The notes beneath the pieces are model-generated. The model was given only the letters and a program-made list of their open reading frames with translations, was not told the DNA's origin and ran no database searches. The position numbers and the translations under genes are program-made. This document shows, piece after piece, positions 58,070 through 64,000 of a stretch of 64,000 bases of DNA. Every line of letters starts with the position of its first letter. Within the stretch, counting starts at the first letter, position 1. The stretch covers positions 800,001-864,000 of the forward strand of contig CAWANH010000028.1 in NCBI GenBank assembly GCA_963783375.1, written 5' to 3'. This DNA comes from Candidatus Eiseniibacteriota bacterium (GTDB lineage Bacteria > Eisenbacteria > RBG-16-71-46 > JABDJR01).

Positions 58070-60439
58070 TTGGAAATGAAGAACAAGACCCTTTTCTTCG
58101 TCGGCGTACTTCTGGCCGCGGTATTCGTCGGGTCGGCCCTCGCCGACGACGCGGCCCTGGGAATCGGCGACGGCTGTCAGATGCAGTGGATCCGGGACTT
58201 CCGCGACGGGCCCGGGCTTATTGACGCCGGTTATCCCGTGGACGTTCCCGGTCCCGGCGTGCAGTGGCAGGTGTCCCCTCCCGGCGGAGTCATGTCCGGC
58301 GATTTCTGGGACATCCAGATCGGCGACGCCTACGACACGCCGTCCACCGGGTCCGGGCTCCTGACCTGCTACGGGTTCCCGGTGACCTCGGGGTTCGCGA
58401 ACTGGACCGGGTTCGACACCTACTCCATGACCTTCCACAACAACAGCGCCACCGACTGGTTCATGGCCGACGTGGTCATCAACACCGGATGGACCAATCT
58501 CCCCTACAGCGAGCCGGACAACGCCTACGCGGCTGGATGGACCTGGGTGCCGCCGGGCGAGTCGCGCACCGTGGTCCTGGACCTGGTCGCCGCCTCGGCG
58601 GTGAACCTCAACCACGTCTCCAACGTCTCGATCAAGCTGGGCACCAATTACGGCACCGGGCCCTACGAGGGGACCCACATCGACGTGACCGTGAACCCCC
58701 CCGACAACGTGACCCCCGATCCCAGCGGGCTCTGCATCTCCACCGTGACCCCCTGCGTCACGGTGCCGGTCGATCTCGTCCGTTCGGACGTCAACGACGC
58801 CCGCGGCGCCAGCGTGACCTTCCAGCTCAGCCCGGAGCTGGAGCTCTGTGACTCGACCCCCGCCAACAGCATCCACCAGGGCACCTGGTTGAACGGGTAC
58901 TTTACCCAGTTCCAGGTCGTCGACAACGGGGGCGGCTCCTACACCGTGGACCAGGCCATCTTCGGGATGCCCTGCGGGGTCACGACCGGAGGCCAGCTCT
59001 TCACGGTGGACGTGAAGGCCAGCGGGACGGCGGCGGCCGACGACGAGGGAACCATCACCGTGACCCAGGTCCTGGTCCGGGATTGCGGGAACGCCCCCCT
59101 GCCCGGCGTGCCGGGGAACCCCGCGACGGTGACCATCGACCGGACCGCGCCCACCCCCATCGCCAGCCTGGCCGCGAGCCAGGTCAAGACCGGCAACGAC
59201 ACCGACGGGACGACCAAGATCATGGTGGGCTGGCCGCCGGTGGAAGCCGGGGCCACGGTGGCGGTGTACCGCAAGGGCTTCGGGTTCTACCCCGAGTACG
59301 ACGACAACGGCGGGACGGCGCCCACCGCCCCGGCCACCCCGGCCGCCGCTCCGGGGGCGGGCTGGACGCTGACCCCGGTCACCACGTCGCCTTCGGCCGA
59401 TGAGCCCGCGGTTCGCGATTTCTGGTACTACGTGGCCTTCGTCACCGATGCCTGCGGAAACGTCTCGGGGCCGTCCAACCTCACCGGCGGGACGCTGGAC
59501 TATCACCTGGGCGACGTCAGCAACGGCGCGTCCCCGGGGACCGGGAACAACTCGGTGGGCCTGGAGGACATCTCCATCCTCGGGGCCAACTACGGGATCT
59601 CCCTGGCTTCGAACGATCCCGTCAACTACCTGGACGTGGGACCCACTTCCGACAACAGCGTCGACGGGCTCCCCGACACCGACAACCAGGTGCAGTTCGA
59701 GGACCTGATCCTGTTCGCGATCAACTTCGGCGCGGTCGGAAAGCCGGGGCTCCACGCCGCCGACGCGGGGGTGACCCGCTTGACCCTCTCCGTCTCCGAC
59801 GTTCCCTCCCCGGGATCGTTCTTCGACGCCGTCATCGGGGCCAAGGCGGGTGGAGAAGTTCAGGGGATCTCGGTGCCCTTGCGCTGGAATCCCGAGGTCG
59901 TGGAGCCGGTCTCCTTCGAGGCCGGCGACCTGGCCGATCTCCAGAGCGGCCGCACGCTGGTGCTGTCGCCGAAAGCCGGGACGGTCGACGCCGCGGTGTT
60001 CGGGGGAACCTTCCGCGGCGAGGGCGCTCTGGCCTCGGTTCGCTTCCGGGTGAAGGCCCCCGGCGACCCGGGCATCGCCTTCGGGGACGTCCTGGCCCGG
60101 GATCCCGCCAACCGGCCGGTGGAAGTTGCGCTGGGACGGGGGGGCATGGACGTCGTGCCGGCGGGGACCCGCCTCCTCCCCGCCTCTCCCAACCCGTTCC
60201 TCGGCGCGGTGGGGATCCGCTTCGCCCTGGCCGAGGACGCTCCGGTGCGGGTGGACGTTTACGCCTTGGACGGCCGCCTGGTCCGCCGGTTGGTGGATGC
60301 GCGACTCCCCGCCGGGGAGCGGACCGTGAACTGGGACGGCCGGGACGGATCGGGCCGGGCGACCGCGTCCGGGTCCTATCTGATCCGGTTCAGCACTCCC
60401 GGGACCGTTCAGACCCAGAAGGTGATTCGCATGAGATAA
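58070..60439 (+). CDS. Secreted modular protein: CBM-like, cohesin-like, FN3-like, dockerin-like, cohesin-like, FlgD-Ig
   Basis: Same C-terminal cassette as 52060 without the beta-helix; start probably ATG 58076. Confidence 0.82.
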   Translation: MEMKNKTLFFVGVLLAAVFVGSALADDAALGIGDGCQMQWIRDFRDGPGLIDAGYPVDVPGPGVQWQVSPPGGVMSGDFWDIQIGDAYDTPSTGSGLLTCYGFPVTSGFANWTGFDTYSMTFHNNSATDWFMADVVINTGWTNLPYSEPDNAYAAGWTWVPPGESRTVVLDLVAASAVNLNHVSNVSIKLGTNYGTGPYEGTHIDVTVNPPDNVTPDPSGLCISTVTPCVTVPVDLVRSDVNDARGASVTFQLSPELELCDSTPANSIHQGTWLNGYFTQFQVVDNGGGSYTVDQAIFGMPCGVTTGGQLFTVDVKASGTAAADDEGTITVTQVLVRDCGNAPLPGVPGNPATVTIDRTAPTPIASLAASQVKTGNDTDGTTKIMVGWPPVEAGATVAVYRKGFGFYPEYDDNGGTAPTAPATPAAAPGAGWTLTPVTTSPSADEPAVRDFWYYVAFVTDACGNVSGPSNLTGGTLDYHLGDVSNGASPGTGNNSVGLEDISILGANYGISLASNDPVNYLDVGPTSDNSVDGLPDTDNQVQFEDLILFAINFGAVGKPGLHAADAGVTRLTLSVSDVPSPGSFFDAVIGAKAGGEVQGISVPLRWNPEVVEPVSFEAGDLADLQSGRTLVLSPKAGTVDAAVFGGTFRGEGALASVRFRVKAPGDPGIAFGDVLARDPANRPVEVALGRGGMDVVPAGTRLLPASPNPFLGAVGIRFALAEDAPVRVDVYALDGRLVRRLVDARLPAGERTVNWDGRDGSGRATASGSYLIRFSTPGTVQTQKVIRMR

Positions 60440-60456
60440 TCTTCATCTGGGATTCG

Positions 60457-60490
60457 AGGGGGCGGGATCCGGCGGCGGATCCCGCTCTCC
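60457..60490. terminator. GC-rich hairpin after the 58070 gene
   Basis: GCGGGATCC...GGATCCCGC inverted repeat; no clear U tract. Confidence 0.35.
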
Positions 60491-60626
60491 CGGGACCCGT
60501 TCCCCTCGGAAGGCCGGCGGAGGCCTCGGACGGCCGGTCCCGCGACCGGCTCCGGAAAGGATCTGCACCACGCGCACCGCAAACCGACGATTCATCACCA
60601 CCGCTCTCGGCGTTCTCCCGGCCGCC

Positions 60627-62252
60627 GTGCTGGCGATCGGGAACGCGGGGGGAGAGCCGGGCAGGATCACCGCCGGCAGCTCGAGCGCGCTCTCCCTTCC
60701 CGGCATGGTCTCGGTCAAGGACGGCGATTTTCTCGCGGACGGTCAATCGATCCACTTCGCCGGCACGAACTGCTACTACCTCATGGTTTTCGCCGCCGAC
60801 CCGGCGCTTCGCCCCCAGGTGGACGAGGTTCTCGAGGAGTCGGCGGCCATGGGCCTCACGGTGATCCGCACCTGGGCTTTCAACGACGGAACCGGCTGGA
60901 ACGCTCTTCAGACCGCGCCGGGGGTCTACGACGAGACCGTGTTCCAGGGGCTGGATTACGTGCTCGACCGGTGCGACCGGCTCGGGCTTCGGGTCGTGCT
61001 TCCCCTGGTCAACAACTGGGTCGACTACGGGGGCATGGACCAGTACGTGGCATGGAGTTCCACCGCGGCCTACCACGACGCCTTCTATACGGACTCCGAC
61101 TGCCGAACCTGGTACCTGAACCACGCCGCGGCGGTCATCAACCGGGTGAACACCGTGAACGGCCGCCTCTATCGCGACGATCCCACCGTCTTCGCCTGGG
61201 AGCTGGCCAACGAGCCGCGCTGCCCCTCGGACCGGAGCGGGACCACGCTGGCCACGTGGATCGCGGACATGAGCGCCTCGATCCGGGCTCTGGACCCCAA
61301 CCACCTCATCACCAGCGGCGTCGAGGGGTTCTACGACGATCCCTCCGGCCCCTGGTACCTGAACGGCTGGGAAGGGGTCGATTTTGTGAGGGACCACCAG
61401 GCTCCGGACATCGATTACGCGGTGGCCCACAGCTGGCCGGACAACTGGGGCTTGGGGTTCTCCGCGGTCATGGCCCTCGTCTCCCGGCAGATCGGGGACG
61501 CGGCCGGCGTGCTGGGAAAACCCTTCGTGTTGGAGGAATTCGGCAAGGCTCGTGACGCCGCGTCTCCGGCGGCCGTGAACCACTTCGACCCGAACACCTG
61601 GTTCTCCCCGGAAGTGGAGCCCTACACGGTGCGTGGCGCGGCCCCGGTCCGGGTGGATCCGGCCCGGCGGGCCCGGCTCTACACCTCCGGCGATCGTCCC
61701 GGGTCCGGGGCTCGCCTCCCGGAGGCTCCGGTTAGGGTATCCTCGTCCACGTCGACCCGGGACGCCTTCTTCTCCGCGTGGTTCGACAGTCTGCTCGCCA
61801 ACCGCTCCGGGGGGTCCACCTACTGGATCGCCTACGACGACGCCTATCCCGACTACGACGGATACGGGGTCTACTATCCGGCCGACTCCTCCACGGTGAG
61901 CCTGATCGAGGCCCACGCCCAGGCCATGGCGGCGCTCACCGAGAGCACCGGAATCCTGGACCCCGACCGGCCGGGGCCCCGCCGTCTCGCGGGCTATCCG
62001 AACCCCTTCCGGCGGTCGGTCAATCTGGCTTTCGATCTCGCGGAAGGGGAGGGAGAGGTTCGTATAGACGTGATCGACGTGGCGGGACGTCGACTGCGCA
62101 CCCTGATCGACGGCCCGGTCGGCCCGGGACCGCTGGTGATCGCCTGGGACGGAAGTACGGATTCCGGGGGGAGGGCCGCGGCCGGAGTCTATCTGGTTCG
62201 TCTCCGGACCTCCCGGGAATCCACGGCCACTCGTGTCGTGCTGACCCGCTGA
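60627..62252 (+). CDS. GH5 glycoside hydrolase (beta-mannanase-like) with FlgD-Ig C-terminal domain
   Basis: GTNCYY, IRTWAF, NNW.DYGGMDQY, WELANEPR (acid/base), LEEFG (nucleophile). Confidence 0.88.
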   Translation: MLAIGNAGGEPGRITAGSSSALSLPGMVSVKDGDFLADGQSIHFAGTNCYYLMVFAADPALRPQVDEVLEESAAMGLTVIRTWAFNDGTGWNALQTAPGVYDETVFQGLDYVLDRCDRLGLRVVLPLVNNWVDYGGMDQYVAWSSTAAYHDAFYTDSDCRTWYLNHAAAVINRVNTVNGRLYRDDPTVFAWELANEPRCPSDRSGTTLATWIADMSASIRALDPNHLITSGVEGFYDDPSGPWYLNGWEGVDFVRDHQAPDIDYAVAHSWPDNWGLGFSAVMALVSRQIGDAAGVLGKPFVLEEFGKARDAASPAAVNHFDPNTWFSPEVEPYTVRGAAPVRVDPARRARLYTSGDRPGSGARLPEAPVRVSSSTSTRDAFFSAWFDSLLANRSGGSTYWIAYDDAYPDYDGYGVYYPADSSTVSLIEAHAQAMAALTESTGILDPDRPGPRRLAGYPNPFRRSVNLAFDLAEGEGEVRIDVIDVAGRRLRTLIDGPVGPGPLVIAWDGSTDSGGRAAAGVYLVRLRTSRESTATRVVLTR

Positions 62253-62297
62253 CCACGGGGAGAAAACCGAGCTTTGAACTCGAAAATGAGGCCAACC

Positions 62298-63122
62298 ATG
62301 AAAAGACACAACATCAAGCCTCCTGGTCTTCGGAACATCCTTGCGCTGGGTCTTCTCCTGATCGGCGCCCCCGCCTTCGGTCAGGGCATTCACGTGGATC
62401 TGCTTCCCGCTGCACCGACGGTCAGCCAGGGGGATACCTTCGATCTCGAGATGACGGTGGCCGCTCCCAGCGACAGCTTCAACGCGTTCGATGCCACCCT
62501 CACCTTCGACGACAGCCTCCTGACCTTCATCCCCCTGAGCACATCCGTGCGCGAGGGGCCGCTCATGACGTCCGCGTGCTCGAACCGCTTTCGTATCTTC
62601 AGCCAGCAGGGAGGCGACATCAGCCTCACCCTCGGTCTCTTGTGCGCCGGCGTGAAGGTGGCCGGTCCGGGGGTGATCTTCCGGTTCCGCTTCCAGGCGG
62701 CGGTGCCCGGTCCGGTGCAAACCGCGGTCAGAATCACCTCGCTGCGGTTCGCCGACGCCGGTATCTACGTGAACCCGGTGACCTCCAGCGATGCGACGGT
62801 GACCATCGGAAGCACGACCGGATTGCCGGACGGGGGATATCCCGTTCGCCCGGAGCTCCGTGCGGCCCCCAACCCCTTCCGGACTGCTACGGAGATCGTC
62901 TTCACTCCCCGGGTCGACGGTCCGGTGCGGATCGAGATCTTCGCGGTGGACGGGCGGAGGGTCCGCACCCTTCTCGATGGGCCGGCGCTCGCGGGTACCG
63001 AGGTGCGGGCCGCATGGGACGGTCGTTCAGATGGGGGGGCTGCCGCTCCGGCCGGGGTCTACTTCGCCTCGGTCGCGAGTCCGGAGGGGCGCTCGGCCGC
63101 CCGGGTAGTGCTCCTGCGTTGA
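62298..63122 (+). CDS. Secreted cohesin-like domain plus FlgD-Ig C-terminal domain
   Basis: VSQGDTFDLEMTV...AFDATLTFD...EGPLM...GPGVIFRFRFQA; PNPF...WDGR. Confidence 0.8.
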   Translation: MKRHNIKPPGLRNILALGLLLIGAPAFGQGIHVDLLPAAPTVSQGDTFDLEMTVAAPSDSFNAFDATLTFDDSLLTFIPLSTSVREGPLMTSACSNRFRIFSQQGGDISLTLGLLCAGVKVAGPGVIFRFRFQAAVPGPVQTAVRITSLRFADAGIYVNPVTSSDATVTIGSTTGLPDGGYPVRPELRAAPNPFRTATEIVFTPRVDGPVRIEIFAVDGRRVRTLLDGPALAGTEVRAAWDGRSDGGAAAPAGVYFASVASPEGRSAARVVLLR

Positions 63123-63217
63123 GACCGCGGGGAATCAGGCGCCAGGACCCGTATACCCATTAACTTGTTGTTTTCCAAGGGATAACACGGGCAAAGATTT
63201 TTCTTGCCCCCTCAAAC

Positions 63218-63241
63218 TACAAGTGTAAAATTAGAAGTGTT
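63218..63241. promoter_or_regulatory. BlaI/MecI/CopY-type operator
   Basis: TACA-AG-TGTA at 63218-63227 and degenerate TAGA-AG-TGTT at 63232-63241. Confidence 0.7.
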
Positions 63242-63285
63242 TGAACCTTTATCCCCTCGGTTTCGTCCTTAACAGCGGAAGACCC

Positions 63286-63690
63286 ATGAAGCAGACACCT
63301 CACCTGAGCGATCTTCAGCTCGTCATCATGCGCTCGCTCTGGGAGCGTGCCGAGGCCACGGTGGCCCAGGTCCACGCGGACCTCCACGCCGAGCGGGGCC
63401 TGGCCCCCACCACGGTGGCCACCCTTCTCTCGCGCATGGAGAAGCGGGGCCTGGTGGATCATCGCACCGAAGGACGGCAGTTCGTCTATCGGGCGCTGGT
63501 GAACGAGCAGGAGGTGCGGCGGTCGATGGTTTCCGAGCTCACCGATCTCCTTTTCGAGGGGGACCCGGCCGAGCTGGTGAACCACCTTCTCGCCGCCCGG
63601 GACTTCGGTGAGGATGATCTGGCTAGGGTGAAGGCGCTTCTCTCCGAGAAGGAACGAAGATCCGAGGGGGACGGTGATGACTCCGACTGA
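63286..63690 (+). CDS. BlaI/MecI/CopY family repressor
   Basis: LSDLQL.IM..LW, LAPTTVATLLSRMEKRG, F.Y, LFEG. Confidence 0.92.
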   Translation: MKQTPHLSDLQLVIMRSLWERAEATVAQVHADLHAERGLAPTTVATLLSRMEKRGLVDHRTEGRQFVYRALVNEQEVRRSMVSELTDLLFEGDPAELVNHLLAARDFGEDDLARVKALLSEKERRSEGDGDDSD

Positions 63691-64000
63691 CGCGCCCGGG
63701 GGACTCCTGGCCGCCTGGCTTCTCACCTACGCGATCCACAGCACCATCCTCCTGGGAACGGCGTGGCTCGTCGTCCGCTTTGCCCGGACCACCCTGGCGC
63801 TCCGGGACGTCCTCTGGAAGACCGCCCTCCTGGGGGCCCTGGTCACCGCGAGCTGGCAGCTCGCGATCCCCGGGGCCGGACCGTGGGGGAGCCGCTGGTC
63901 TCTGTCCCAGCGCGATGTCGCCGCCGCGGCGGCCCCCTCCTATCGTCTGGTTCCCGGCGGCTTCGTGGTGAACACCGACGGGGCCGCCAGCGTGCCCGCG
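63677..64000 (+). CDS. BlaR1/M56-family membrane protein, 5' part only
   Basis: MTPTDAPGGLLAAWLLTYAIHSTILLG...RDVLWKTALLG; overlaps the repressor stop; peptidase motif not in the window. Confidence 0.72.
   Translation, partial: MTPTDAPGGLLAAWLLTYAIHSTILLGTAWLVVRFARTTLALRDVLWKTALLGALVTASWQLAIPGAGPWGSRWSLSQRDVAAAAAPSYRLVPGGFVVNTDGAASVPA

Noticed and set aside
46486-63122. FlgD-like domains as flagellar genes
   Set aside because: Only the C-terminal Ig-like module is present, on secreted passengers; there are no flagellar genes.
1-64000. CRISPR arrays, rRNA, prophage
   Set aside because: No regularly spaced short repeats, rRNA signatures or phage hallmark genes were seen.

Overview
High-GC bacterial window with no rRNA, tRNA, CRISPR array or recognisable transposase. 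The many C-terminal FlgD-Ig-type domains and short 'TTWGxxKxxY' tails suggest an FCB-related candidate phylum such as Eisenbacteria, Krumholzibacteriota or Latescibacterota (inference). Bases 1-45 kb are mostly housekeeping and envelope genes: two RND efflux sets, queD, a GT87-like transferase, a DnaQ-WYL fusion, an ECF sigma/anti-sigma/Spy operon, a class III aminotransferase-KamA cluster, msrP, glnA, nfo and an NtrC-type two-component system. Three features in this part are not explained by the ORF track: a structured ~310-nt RNA driven by a sigma54/IHF promoter (13745-14053, minus), a UGA-recoded (selenocysteine) UshA-like/tetraheme cytochrome gene, and an exported MerB-fold protein lacking the catalytic residues. 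The main candidate for a new system is 46.5-63.1 kb: nine co-oriented genes for predicted secreted proteins built from shuffled modules (Cys-containing cohesin-like domains, dockerin-like domains with long loops, beta-helices, a CBM-like domain, a GH5). Every one ends in either a FlgD-Ig-type C-terminal domain or a short TTWG tail. All domain calls are by eye from motifs; no searches were run. Several frameshifts look like consensus errors.
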